Source: Draconibacterium sp. (GTDB lineage Bacteria; Bacteroidota; Bacteroidia; Bacteroidales; Prolixibacteraceae). Taken from it: 64,000 bases of DNA. A model generated the notes under the pieces. The model had not been told where the DNA came from. It worked only from the letters and a program-made list of their open reading frames with translations, and ran no database searches. Location of the stretch: contig JBBINB010000002.1 in the NCBI GenBank assembly GCA_037444065.1, positions 48,642-112,641 on the forward strand. Direction: 5' to 3'. Below are positions 36,653-46,388 of this stretch, piece after piece (positions within the stretch are counted from its first letter, which is position 1; each line of letters opens with the position of its first letter). The position numbers and the translations under genes were made by a program.

Positions 36653-36681
36653 AGAGTTTAAATTGGTTTTAATTTCGAATA

Positions 36682-37683
36682 TTAAAAGAACAGGTTTTTG
36701 TCGTGGCCGGGATAAAATATTCCAGCATCGATACGAATCCTGTCCAGGGTTTCCATCAAATCGAGGCTAGTTTGCCAGGTCATAATTCCGCTTTCGGTTT
36801 TGCCTTCATCGAGGCATTGCATCACATGGGCCGCTTCGTACTGATACCCTGTGCCTTCATTGTGTTCCGAATTGAAATGCCGAGGTTCCTGACCATGTTT
36901 CACTACGGTAATTTTTGTTGGCATATACCAGCGGGGATTAAGTATCATGTATCCTTTCTCGCACCAATACTCGGTTTGTGTTGGCGAGTAAGAAGCAAAA
37001 CCAGATGTCAGGTTTGCCATCTCCCCACCCTTGTATTTAAAAATGATGCTGATGCTTTCCTCGGCACCAGTAGGGCTAAAATGGGCAAAAGTTTTCACTG
37101 TCGCGGGTTTCCCAAGCGAAGTTAAAGCCGCAAAAACCGGGTAAAGGCCAATATCGAGGAGAGAACCGCCTCCCAGCGCCACATTGTACAATCTCCTTTC
37201 CTCGATATAAGGGGCATTAAACGCGAAGTCGGAGCGTACTATCTGGAGCTTACCTAATTCTCCAGACCTAAGAATTTCCATTGCTTTGATAAAACTGGGC
37301 TGAAACATGGTCCAGAATGCTTCCATCAGGAAAGTATTGTTTTTGCGGGCACAATCGATCATTTCGAGGGCTTCGTTTTTATTGATGGCAAATGCTTTCT
37401 CGCACAATACCGCCTTTTTGTGATTGAGGCAAAGTAAGGAGTGCTCTCGGTGAAGAGCGTGAGGCGTGGCTATATAAACCACATCTACCTTTGGATCGGC
37501 TACCATTTCGGTATAACTGCCGTACGCCACTTCGAAACCAAATTCGTTTTTAAAATCGTTTGCTTTGTTAAATTCTCTCGCTGATGCCGCGTACAAATTT
37601 GCATTTGGCAAGAGTTTTAAGTCGTTTGCAAATTTCTTCGCTATATGTCCGCAACCAAGAATTGCCCAGTTGTATTTTTTCAT
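36682..37683 (-). CDS. Gfo/Idh/MocA family oxidoreductase
   Basis: N-terminal Rossmann WAILGCGHIAKKF and EKAF motif (VLCEKAFA). 333 aa. Confidence 0.85.
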   Translation of the reverse strand: MKKYNWAILGCGHIAKKFANDLKLLPNANLYAASAREFNKANDFKNEFGFEVAYGSYTEMVADPKVDVVYIATPHALHREHSLLCLNHKKAVLCEKAFAINKNEALEMIDCARKNNTFLMEAFWTMFQPSFIKAMEILRSGELGKLQIVRSDFAFNAPYIEERRLYNVALGGGSLLDIGLYPVFAALTSLGKPATVKTFAHFSPTGAEESISIIFKYKGGEMANLTSGFASYSPTQTEYWCEKGYMILNPRWYMPTKITVVKHGQEPRHFNSEHNEGTGYQYEAAHVMQCLDEGKTESGIMTWQTSLDLMETLDRIRIDAGIFYPGHDKNLFF

Positions 37684-37746
37684 TTTGCCCCCCTAATGTG
37701 GCTGTCTAAAAAAATTGAAAAGATACCTTCATTTGAAATTTAATGA

Positions 37747-37812
37747 ACCCCACCTGACCTCCCCAAAGGGGAGGAAAAGTCCCCCTTTGGGGGGATTTAG
37801 GGGGTCAGCACT
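37747..37812. repeat. Composite C/G-tract hairpin element related to the MITE interior
   Basis: CTGACC[CCTCCCCAAAGGGGAGG]aaaagt[CCCCCTTTGGGGGG]atttaggGGGTCAG: two hairpins enclosed by an outer CTGACC/GGTCAG stem. AAGTCCCCxTTTxGGGGxATTTAGGGG is shared with 20685-20710. Confidence 0.55.
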
Positions 37813-37884
37813 TGTAATAAGATACAAATTGTAAGCTCTTCATTTCTTAAATATACTTTTTAAACAACCTCTTTTTTTATCAAT

Positions 37885-38457
37885 TTAGTTATGTATTTTT
37901 TCGTTCCGCAACAGCATTTCAACCAACTGGCTGAGTTTCTTCTCCCTTATTTCGGGTGTCCGGGCAATTTGCAGCCTGTAAATAATTGCATACCGGTTAA
38001 CACTATTCAGGGTTTTAAAAAACCGCGCTGCTTCGGGATACTTTTTAAATTCAGCTTTAAGATCTTCTGGTACTTCTGCATTTTTCAGCGAATCGTAAGC
38101 CGTGTCCCATGTTCCCTTTTTTTTGGCAATTTCAATCGCAGCCATTCCCGATGGCCTCATTTTCCCCGCTGAAATCAGTTTCAACGCCTTCTCCTTGTTT
38201 ATTTTCGACCATTTGCTGTTTGGTTTACGGGCGGTAAAACGTTGTATCCAGGTTTTACTGTCGAATGCTTTTTTCAGACCGTCGATCCAGCCAAAACACA
38301 AGGCTACTTCAACCGCCTGTTCATAGGAAATGGATGTTATTCCGCTTGCTTTTTTTGCAATCTGTACCCAGAGGCCGGGTTCATCCCCGTTATTTTCCAG
38401 CCACGAGGCCCATTCTCCTTCGGTTTCAAAAAGTATTACAGGCAATCCGTCAATCAT
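37885..38457 (-). CDS. YdeI/OmpD-associated (DUF1801-like) family protein
   Basis: 190 aa. W..WL......GLW........G..S....EA.E.ALCFGWIDG and C-terminal ...R..Y...I..AK..ETR..R pattern. Confidence 0.65.
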   Translation of the reverse strand: MIDGLPVILFETEGEWASWLENNGDEPGLWVQIAKKASGITSISYEQAVEVALCFGWIDGLKKAFDSKTWIQRFTARKPNSKWSKINKEKALKLISAGKMRPSGMAAIEIAKKKGTWDTAYDSLKNAEVPEDLKAEFKKYPEAARFFKTLNSVNRYAIIYRLQIARTPEIREKKLSQLVEMLLRNEKIHN

Positions 38458-38492
38458 AATAAAGCCCCCTCTGACTCCCCCAAAGGGGAGAA
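38458..38492 (-). repeat. C-rich hairpin element abutting the ydeI-like start codon
   Basis: The mRNA sense reads UUCUCCCCUUUGGGGGAGUCAGAGGGGGCUUUAUU-AUG. CTCCCC-caaa-GGGGAG hairpin at 38475-38490. Confidence 0.6.
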
Positions 38493-38550
38493 TAAAAAAT
38501 ATTTAAATAAATCTTTGTAAAGTATTCAGAATACATAAAACAAATCGTGA

Positions 38551-39735
38551 TTATAACCCCTTGTTTTTATCAATCAATTGATTGATTGTTTTTACACTTT
38601 CAGCCGTTCTGAACTTATCTTCGGGTGTGTTTTTACAATAATCAATCAACCGTTCGACAGTGGTGGTTGCCACGTGCATTCGGGTATCCGACGAACCGTA
38701 GTATATAAAGACCTCATCGTTCTCGTTTTTAATCCAGCCGTTTGTAAATACCACATTCGAGACATCGCCGCTACGTTCTTCGCCTTCGGGGGCCAGGAAA
38801 TAGCCACCGGGGCGCGCGATGAGTTTTGAAGGATCCTTCAAATCGGTCATAAACATAAACAAAACGTACCGCAACCCGGCAGCGCAACCCCTAACGCCAT
38901 GAGCAAGGTGCAACCAGCCTTCGGGTGTTTTAATTGGCGCCGCACCCTGTCCGTTTTTCAGTTCTTTAATGGTGTGGTAAATCTTCTCATCAATAATTTT
39001 TTCTTCGGGAGCCTCGGCTTTTGTAATGTCGCTCACCAGCGCCCAGCCAATTCCGCCCCCGCCCCCAACCTCGATAAAACCATCCTGCGGCCGGGTGTAA
39101 AAAGCATATTTGCCATGGACAAACTCGGGGTGTAGCACCAGGTTCCGCTGCTGGCCGTGGTGCGAAATAAAATCGGGTAGCCGCTCCCATTTCACCAGGT
39201 CTTTGGTGCGGGCAATACCACCACTTGCCGTGGCCATCGAGGTGTCGCCCGATGGCGCTGATTTATCTTTTCGTTCGGAACAGAAAATACCATAAATCCA
39301 TCCATCCTGATGTTTTACCAGGCGCATATCATAGACATTCGCATCGGGCTCACTGGTTTCCGGCATTGTAACAGGGCGATCCCAAAACCTCCAGTTATCA
39401 ATACCATTTGGACTTTCGGCTACAGCAAAAAACGATTTCCTGTCCCAGCCCTCAACCCGGACCATTAACAAATAACTGCCATCCAAATAAATAGCCCCGC
39501 TGTTGAAGGTTGCATTTATGCCTATCCGTTGCATTAAAAACGGGTTGGTTTCGTAATTCAGGTCATATCTCCAGTTTAACGGGACATGATCAGCCGTTAT
39601 TATTGGCCTTTTGTAACGTTTGTAAATTCCGTTGTAACCGTTTTCAACAGGCTTATTTTTTTTGCAGATTAGCTTTTCGTGTTCCTTTTTGAGTTTCGCC
39701 AACCGTTTTTTAAATTGTTTTTCCGATGGTATCAT
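38551..39735 (-). CDS. GH130 beta-mannoside phosphorylase (4-O-beta-D-mannosyl-D-glucose phosphorylase-like)
   Basis: 394 aa. [58 protein letters not shown] and GYFLAP...VVFTNGW are colinear with characterised GH130_1 enzymes. Confidence 0.85.
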   Translation of the reverse strand: MIPSEKQFKKRLAKLKKEHEKLICKKNKPVENGYNGIYKRYKRPIITADHVPLNWRYDLNYETNPFLMQRIGINATFNSGAIYLDGSYLLMVRVEGWDRKSFFAVAESPNGIDNWRFWDRPVTMPETSEPDANVYDMRLVKHQDGWIYGIFCSERKDKSAPSGDTSMATASGGIARTKDLVKWERLPDFISHHGQQRNLVLHPEFVHGKYAFYTRPQDGFIEVGGGGGIGWALVSDITKAEAPEEKIIDEKIYHTIKELKNGQGAAPIKTPEGWLHLAHGVRGCAAGLRYVLFMFMTDLKDPSKLIARPGGYFLAPEGEERSGDVSNVVFTNGWIKNENDEVFIYYGSSDTRMHVATTTVERLIDYCKNTPEDKFRTAESVKTINQLIDKNKGL

Positions 39736-39738
39736 ATA

Positions 39739-39969
<231 letters not shown>

Positions 39970-39992
39970 CATTAGGAACTTTGAATCAAAAG

Positions 39993-41822
39993 CTACTCTT
40001 CCGGCAGTTTGTCCCACCATGTTTTTTTCAGGATGTAACCGCAAATTATGGTAATTATTATTGTTATCCAAATTGGCATTGCCTCTTTTAAAACGATATA
40101 AATGGGCAGTGCTACCAAAGCGGTTTGGGCAATTGTTCCGATAACCACATTAAACATATCTCTCTTAAAGTTTTTATTGGGCTGAAAACCAGGATTTTCG
40201 GCTATTACTTTTCGTTTTACCGGGCCCCAGAATCCCCATGGATTAACTGAGCGGTAAAATTCTTTTAAAATTGCTTCATCAGTTGGTTTAGTTAGTAATG
40301 TCCCAATAACCGCACCTGCTATTGAAATCAACAACAACCATGGGAAGTAGTAAAGATCGAGGGTTTCAGAAAAAACGTAAGGAAAAATCAAAGCTGGAAT
40401 TAATCCGGCCACCATTCCCCAGAAATAACCATAACCGTTAAAACGCCACCAATACCATTTCAATACATTGGAAACCACATAACTTCCGTACAAAGCTGAA
40501 ACAATCCATTGTAACATGCTGTTTACATCCTGCGCAAACACCCCGAAAATAATGCTCACAATAACCACCACCACCCCTACTATGTAGTTCATGTTTTTCA
40601 TCTGGTTGTTGCTGGCGCCGGGTTTTAGGTAACGCAGGTAAATATCGTTAACAATGTAAGCCTGGGCCGCATTTAATGTGCCTGCGAAAGTCGAATTAAA
40701 AGCCGCAAGCAAGCCTGCAAGCAACAATCCCATAAAGCCAACCGGCACAAACTCGGCAATTGCAGAAGGAAGTATCTGCTCGAAATCGATTTTACCTGCC
40801 ACCAGCAGGTTAAGCTTGTCGTAATACAGCAATGCAAGTATTGCAAAACCGGCAATCATAAAATAGCGGATGGGCATTAAAACCACCGAAACAAAACCGC
40901 TCATTTTTGCTGCTTCCTTTGGCGATTTTGTTGACAGGATTTTTTGCATATCGTAGGTTGGCGCAGGGCCGGCAAGCGAAACCAGCAGGCCTTTAAAAAG
41001 CATCATCATAAAAAATATGGAAAATAACGAATAGCCATCGCTTGCAATTTTATCATTCACTTCGTCGATTATTCCGCGCCAGTCGAGATCGCCGAGGTTC
41101 CACCCGAAAAACGGCGTGTGCCAGCCTTCGGGCACATTCAGTGTTTCAACAGCCATTGCTTTCATTGCCAGTACGCCAATTAAAATGGCAGAAACGGTCA
41201 TTATTGCATATTGCAACACATCGGCCCAAACTATACTGGCCATTCCGCCAATAACAGCGTAAAACACCGCAAACATGGTAAACGTGATTCCGTATATATG
41301 GGGTACATACTCTATTGGCACATTAAAGGGAATATAAGGCTGAATAATTTCCCATGGAATAAAAATCATAACAAATTTCCCCAGTCCGATAAATCCGTAA
41401 GCCAGGTAACCCAAACAGAGGATAAGAGCAAAAAATACCACCACCCCGTGCGACAACTTGCTGTCGATTGATTGCCCGAAACGGGTGTTTATCCATTCGG
41501 CACCCGTTGTAACTTTCGACCGGCGTAGCCAGATGCTGAGGAAAACCATTAAAAAAACCTGGTTAAAAACCGGCCATAACCAGGGGATCCAGATACTTTT
41601 CAATCCGTAAACAAACAGCAGGGTAACAAGCCACATGGTTCCTGAAATATCAAACATCCCCGACGCATTCGAAAGCCCGAGCATATACCACGGAAGTTTG
41701 TTGCCCCCCAGCATGTAATTTGATTTACTTTTCTGGGCTACTTTTTTTAATACAAGCCCAATTATTACTGTAGAAAAGAGGTAAACAAAGATTACGATAA
41801 TGTCGATTGCTGTTAATTTCAT
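39993..41822 (-). CDS. Sodium:solute symporter family transporter
   Basis: 609-aa polytopic protein. The N-terminus ([27 protein letters not shown]) is typical of the SSS family. Directly upstream of GH130. Confidence 0.9.
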   Translation of the reverse strand: MKLTAIDIIVIFVYLFSTVIIGLVLKKVAQKSKSNYMLGGNKLPWYMLGLSNASGMFDISGTMWLVTLLFVYGLKSIWIPWLWPVFNQVFLMVFLSIWLRRSKVTTGAEWINTRFGQSIDSKLSHGVVVFFALILCLGYLAYGFIGLGKFVMIFIPWEIIQPYIPFNVPIEYVPHIYGITFTMFAVFYAVIGGMASIVWADVLQYAIMTVSAILIGVLAMKAMAVETLNVPEGWHTPFFGWNLGDLDWRGIIDEVNDKIASDGYSLFSIFFMMMLFKGLLVSLAGPAPTYDMQKILSTKSPKEAAKMSGFVSVVLMPIRYFMIAGFAILALLYYDKLNLLVAGKIDFEQILPSAIAEFVPVGFMGLLLAGLLAAFNSTFAGTLNAAQAYIVNDIYLRYLKPGASNNQMKNMNYIVGVVVVIVSIIFGVFAQDVNSMLQWIVSALYGSYVVSNVLKWYWWRFNGYGYFWGMVAGLIPALIFPYVFSETLDLYYFPWLLLISIAGAVIGTLLTKPTDEAILKEFYRSVNPWGFWGPVKRKVIAENPGFQPNKNFKRDMFNVVIGTIAQTALVALPIYIVLKEAMPIWITIIITIICGYILKKTWWDKLPEE

Positions 41823-42089
41823 AGAATGGTTTATTTTGCTTATTTCGATTTCAAATTGATTTATAGTTTTACTGCTTGTAAACTTTAACTACAGGTTGTT
41901 GTAAAAAACACAATTTTACAATAATTATTTGGGTTCGTTATGATTTCAAACCTTAAAACTGAACTTGTTTTTTCTGATTAAAATATACTATCTGTAAAAA
42001 TCCTATATGAAATGCAAAATATAAACTGTTCATGGAAAGATTCTCCATTTTTAGGTTATATAGATTATAATTGTAAAAATGATTTTAAA

Positions 42090-42293
42090 ATGATTATCGA
42101 AAGAACAAAAAAAGAAGTGATTATCAGGCTATCACCGTCAGTTGACACTGATGAACTTCAGGAATTAGCGAATTTTTTCAGATACAAAGAGATTACATCA
42201 AAATATTCAACCCAACAAGGCGTTGTGGATGATCTTTCATCAGATATTAATAAAAACTGGTACAGAGCAAACCGTGATCGACTCTTAAAATGA
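42090..42293 (+). CDS. Putative orphan antitoxin-like small protein
   Basis: 67 aa (MIIERTKKEVIIRLSPSVDTDELQELANFFRYKEITSK...NKNWYRANRDRLLK). Resembles small proteins found upstream of PIN toxins in Bacteroidota. Its stop overlaps an ATGA start. Confidence 0.35.
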   Translation: MIIERTKKEVIIRLSPSVDTDELQELANFFRYKEITSKYSTQQGVVDDLSSDINKNWYRANRDRLLK

Positions 42294-42399
42294 AGGTTGT
42301 AAATTATGGACAGGAGATAAGATCCTAATTAATGGCTTGGAACATAAAGGATTTATGAGATTTATTACAACCCAGGAACTAAAAGAAATACTCAAATAA
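42290..42399 (+). pseudogene. Possible internally deleted PIN-toxin remnant
   Basis: An ATGA-coupled ORF starts MKVV... and stops after 12 codons. A downstream frame reads ...GFMRFITTQELKEILK*, like a PIN_3 C-terminus. Total 110 bp against ~400 bp expected. Confidence 0.25.
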
Positions 42400-42401
42400 T
42401 T

Positions 42402-43958
42402 TCACTCCGGGTACCCAGTTATTTCCCTGATTTCGTGATAAAAAGGCTCCAGCTTTTTGTACATTTTTTTATACACTTTTTTGTATAGCTGGTCATACAA
42501 CTGTACATGTTTCTTATCAGGATAAAATTCGTGCTCATGGGTAACCATGGTACTGACAGCCTCTTCCATTGATTTGTAAAATCCTGTTCCAAAAGCCGTA
42601 ACAATGGCTGCTCCGAGCCCAGAAGTTTCGGTTGTCTTCCCCTTGAAAACCGGGAGGTTAAAAACATCGGCGGTAATCTGGCAAATTTCATCGCTTTTTG
42701 AAGCCCCGCCCGAAACAGCAAGCCGCTGGATTTTGGTTTTCGATACCTTTTCAATTCGTTCCTTCCCTTCGCGAAGGGCATAAACCAGTCCCTCAATTAC
42801 AGCCCTATAAATGTGCGGCTTTTTGTGAACATCGCCAAAACCAATCATAGCCCCTTTGGCCGAAGGTTTCGAAAGCCCGGGGCTCCAGTAGGGCTGTACC
42901 ATCAGCCCCATTGCCCCCGGTGGCGATTGGTGCAGCAACTCGTTTAATACCTCTTCGGCCGGTATCCCCCTTTCTGCGGCTACCTGGATTTCGTGATGTG
43001 CAAACTCGTTTTTAAACCAGCTTACCATCCAGAACCCGCGGAAAATTTCAACCTCGGGATTAAACAACCCCGGGAACACCGCTGGATACGAAGGCATATA
43101 AGGAACCGGTTCGAGATATTTTTTACTGGTAGTCTGTATGGTTGCCGTTGTCCCAAAACTCAGGCTGGCAGTATCGGTTGTCAAAACCCCCATCCCAAGC
43201 GTTTCGCAGCCTTTGTCGGAACCGCAGGCTATTACCGGCAGGTTTTCACGAAGGCCTGTCTCGATCGAAGCTTTTTTGTTTATTCGGCCCAATACTTCTC
43301 CCGGACTAACAATTTTGGGCAATTTCCCTATTTCAATAGGGTAAAGTTTTGCGCTGAAAGTGAGCAGGTTTGCGGGATTTCCCCATTTTTGCCTTTTATA
43401 ATCGAACGGGACATGCCCTATCTGTGAAGCAACCGAATCGTTGAACAGTCCGGTTAACCTGTAATTCAGGAAACCCGAAACCTGCACTACCTTGTGGGTT
43501 TTTGCCCATATTTCGGGTTGGTTTTGCTTTATCCAGTTGCATTTCCCGTCGCGCTGCGCTTTTTTAATCGTATCGCCAATTCCAATAAACCAAATCAAAA
43601 GTTTCATTGCCAGTCCGGGTTTAAAAACTGTCTTTGCTTTGCGTTGGTCGAGCCATACCATCACCGGCCGAAGCGCATTTCCAGCGGAATCAACATTTAC
43701 CAGCGAATCGCGCATGGTAGTAATCCCTAACCCTGCAATCAGGTTGAAATACTCCGGGTTCGACTTTTGCAATGCACAACACGACGATTTTAAGGCCTCC
43801 CAGTAAATTTCAGGATCTTGCTCCGCCCAACCCGGGTTCACGCTTATATATGGCTCGTACGTAACCCTTTCTATTGCCAACAGTTCGCCTTTTAATGAAA
43901 ACAACATGGCCCTCAGGCTTTGTGTGCCGCAATCGATGGAAAGAATGGTTTTTTCCAC
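42402..43958 (-). CDS. FGGY-family carbohydrate kinase
   Basis: 518 aa. N-terminal LSIDCGTQSLRAM and C-terminal LAVSGGASKSD...QITADVF..PV match FGGY N/C domains. Confidence 0.85.
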   Translation of the reverse strand: MEKTILSIDCGTQSLRAMLFSLKGELLAIERVTYEPYISVNPGWAEQDPEIYWEALKSSCCALQKSNPEYFNLIAGLGITTMRDSLVNVDSAGNALRPVMVWLDQRKAKTVFKPGLAMKLLIWFIGIGDTIKKAQRDGKCNWIKQNQPEIWAKTHKVVQVSGFLNYRLTGLFNDSVASQIGHVPFDYKRQKWGNPANLLTFSAKLYPIEIGKLPKIVSPGEVLGRINKKASIETGLRENLPVIACGSDKGCETLGMGVLTTDTASLSFGTTATIQTTSKKYLEPVPYMPSYPAVFPGLFNPEVEIFRGFWMVSWFKNEFAHHEIQVAAERGIPAEEVLNELLHQSPPGAMGLMVQPYWSPGLSKPSAKGAMIGFGDVHKKPHIYRAVIEGLVYALREGKERIEKVSKTKIQRLAVSGGASKSDEICQITADVFNLPVFKGKTTETSGLGAAIVTAFGTGFYKSMEEAVSTMVTHEHEFYPDKKHVQLYDQLYKKVYKKMYKKLEPFYHEIREITGYPE

Positions 43959-44076
43959 AATTTTTTTTTCAAAAATAAACAGAAAATCGAATTACAGCTA
44001 AAAAACTCATTTTTGACTGTTTTTTCAATTTGAATAAAAAATAAAAACACCCATTTTTACAACACATTATTGTGAA

Positions 44077-44310
44077 ATGAAGAACCTGATCCTAATAGCT
44101 TTTATCCGATTTTTGCCTCTTGCGCAGGTAAGCCATCACGACAGGAAAATGCTGTTCAAAAAACCTCTGAAGAAAATTCAATTACCAACATAGAAAATAC
44201 CACGAAGAAAGTTGAAGCCGAAATGATATACTTTGAAGGCGGGACTTTTATTATGGGCCCAAACAAGGGTTGCCACAGGAAAGTACTTGGGCACAAGGTA
44301 ACCCTTCAAC
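44077..44310 (+). pseudogene. N-terminal remnant of an FGE/SUMF1-family (formylglycine-generating-enzyme-like) gene
   Basis: A signal-like MKNLILIAF... is followed, in another frame, by ...EMIYFEGGTFIMGPNKG....GHKVTLQ, typical of the family N-terminus. It is truncated where the convergent UbiD gene ends. Confidence 0.35.
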
Positions 44311-44356
44311 TGCATGATGCTTGCAGTTTTTTTGCCTGCTGCCTGCCAAAAACTGC

Positions 44357-46255
44357 CTACTTTCTGACAGCCCCTTCGCCTTTTACAAGGGGTTTGAACC
44401 TCAGCGAGGGACTAGGAATAAATTCATCCAACCCAAGTTCTGCCAATTTTTTATCGACTTTTGCAATGGTTTTTTCGTCCATTGTAACCACATTTGGCCA
44501 ATCGCGTTTAAAATTATCGTGACCAGCGGTTTTAAAAGTGGCATCGACAAAAACCACCGAATGCCCATCGCTTGTTTGCAGTACCGATATATCGCGGGCA
44601 GGCTCCAGGTTTCCACCCAACAACCAGAACAGGGTAAACAGGTCGTTTAAATCTGCCCCATCATCGAAAAACAAAACCACCTTAAAACTTTGTATTCCTT
44701 CGTTTTTTAAAACCTGTTCTATCAGGTATTTTTTAGCATAACCTGCTTCCTTTCGAACATTCAGTAATAGAACCGGAAGCGACAAACTTTCGCGAAGATC
44801 GCTGAGGCCTGTAATGCCGTTGATTGATGTAAAATTCTGTTTGCTTATTTGTCCCGTTGCCAAATTTGTATTCACCTCCTCAATGGTTTCTTCCGGAAGT
44901 GGATGTGTGAGGTCGATTCCCAGTTTTGAACCAAAAGCAAATTTATCCGACGAGTGATCCAGTATATCCAAAGGGCCTTTCGAAAAATGCAAACTGTATT
45001 CCGGGTTAAAATTCTGAAAAAACGCCTTAACAAGTTCACCGGGTTTGTGAATATTAATTTCCGAATCAGTAACAATCAATACCTTGTTAAACATCATTTG
45101 CCCGGCACCCCAAAGCGAATTCATTACTTTAATAGCTTGTCCCGGGTAACTTTTTTCGATTTTTACCACAGTAAAATTATGGGCCACGCCGGCAACCGGT
45201 AAGGTCATATCTTTTAACTCCGGTATCATTGATAACCTTATTGGAGTTAAAAAAATACGTTCTGTGGCCAGGCCGATATACGCATCTTCCATTGGAGGAA
45301 TCCCGACAATGGTTGCGGGATACACTGCGTCTTTCCGGTGTGTTATACAGGTAACGTGGAACCTGGGATACCAGTCGGCCAGCGAATAAAAACCGGTGTG
45401 GTCGCCAAAAGGGCCTTCCCAAATGAATTCCTCGGCCGGATCAACATATCCTTCTATAACAAAATCAGCATCTTCCGGTACATACAAATCGTTTGTAATA
45501 CATTTTGCAAGTTTTACGGGTTTTTTCCGGAGAAAACCAGCGAGTAAATATTCGTCCATATTTTCGGGCATGGGTGCTGTTGCGGCGTATGTGTAGGTCA
45601 TATCGCCACCGAGCGTAACAGACACAGGCATTTTGCGACCCAGTTTTTTGTATTTTTCGAAATGGCTTGCCCCGGTTTTGTGCTTGTGCCAGTGCATTGC
45701 TGTCATATTTTTTTCGATTACCTGCATACGGTACATACCAACATTTGGCGAGCCGGTATCGGGATCGACGGTATGCACGCAGGGTAAAGTAATAAATGGC
45801 CCCCCATCGGCCGGCCAGCATTTAAGCGCTGGCAGCAGGCATAAATCGGGAATTTTCATTTTAACTTCCTGGCATTTACCTTTTCCATTTATTTTGCGCG
45901 GCATCCATTGGCTTACTTCTTTGAGCTTTGGCAACAATTTTAACTTATCCCATAAATTGTCTTTTGGCTGCATTAGCGCTTTAAATAAGCTTTCAATTTC
46001 ATTTTCAATATCAAAAACCGAATTTCTTCCAAAAGCAATAGCAATACGTTTTTCAGAACCTAAAGCATTAACCAGAAGCGGGAAATTTGTCCCGTTGTTT
46101 TCAAACAGCAGCGCTTTACCCCCACCCGGTTGTTTCGAAATGCGATCGGTTATTTCGGTAATTTCCAGATCGGGGTTTACAAAGGATTTAATCCGCATTA
46201 ATTCGTTCTGTTTTTCAAGGGTTGCAATAAATGAGTTCAAACTTGTATCGGGCAT
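44357..46255 (-). CDS. UbiD-family (prenylated-FMN) decarboxylase with C-terminal extension
   Basis: 632 aa. CWPADGGPFITLP, MYRMQV, HWHKHKTGA and GPFGDHTGFY are UbiD core motifs. About 130 extra C-terminal residues. Confidence 0.85.
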   Translation of the reverse strand: MPDTSLNSFIATLEKQNELMRIKSFVNPDLEITEITDRISKQPGGGKALLFENNGTNFPLLVNALGSEKRIAIAFGRNSVFDIENEIESLFKALMQPKDNLWDKLKLLPKLKEVSQWMPRKINGKGKCQEVKMKIPDLCLLPALKCWPADGGPFITLPCVHTVDPDTGSPNVGMYRMQVIEKNMTAMHWHKHKTGASHFEKYKKLGRKMPVSVTLGGDMTYTYAATAPMPENMDEYLLAGFLRKKPVKLAKCITNDLYVPEDADFVIEGYVDPAEEFIWEGPFGDHTGFYSLADWYPRFHVTCITHRKDAVYPATIVGIPPMEDAYIGLATERIFLTPIRLSMIPELKDMTLPVAGVAHNFTVVKIEKSYPGQAIKVMNSLWGAGQMMFNKVLIVTDSEINIHKPGELVKAFFQNFNPEYSLHFSKGPLDILDHSSDKFAFGSKLGIDLTHPLPEETIEEVNTNLATGQISKQNFTSINGITGLSDLRESLSLPVLLLNVRKEAGYAKKYLIEQVLKNEGIQSFKVVLFFDDGADLNDLFTLFWLLGGNLEPARDISVLQTSDGHSVVFVDATFKTAGHDNFKRDWPNVVTMDEKTIAKVDKKLAELGLDEFIPSPSLRFKPLVKGEGAVRK

Positions 46256-46344
46256 AATTTTTATTTTGCATAAAAGTAGTAAACTCCCTTATTTTGACGA
46301 AATCTAAATTTGAGGTTTCATCTTGAATTTCAAATTGTAAAATC

Positions 46345-46352
46345 TATCTTTG
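46345..46352 (+). promoter_or_regulatory. Candidate Bacteroidota -7 box (TATCTTTG)
   Basis: Exact TAnnTTTG match 37 nt upstream of the ATG at 46389. Confidence 0.3.
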
Positions 46353-46388
46353 GTGCTTTTTCAATTTGAAACTTTAAACGACAGTAGA

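Noticed and set aside
36011-36661. 216-aa + strand ORF.
   Set aside because: It is fully antisense to the well-supported AGE-family epimerase gene, and its product is low-complexity and Phe/Lys-rich. It is a typical shadow ORF.
45633-46307. 224-aa + strand ORF.
   Set aside because: It is antisense to the UbiD-family gene, whose product carries clear family motifs. There is no independent support for it.
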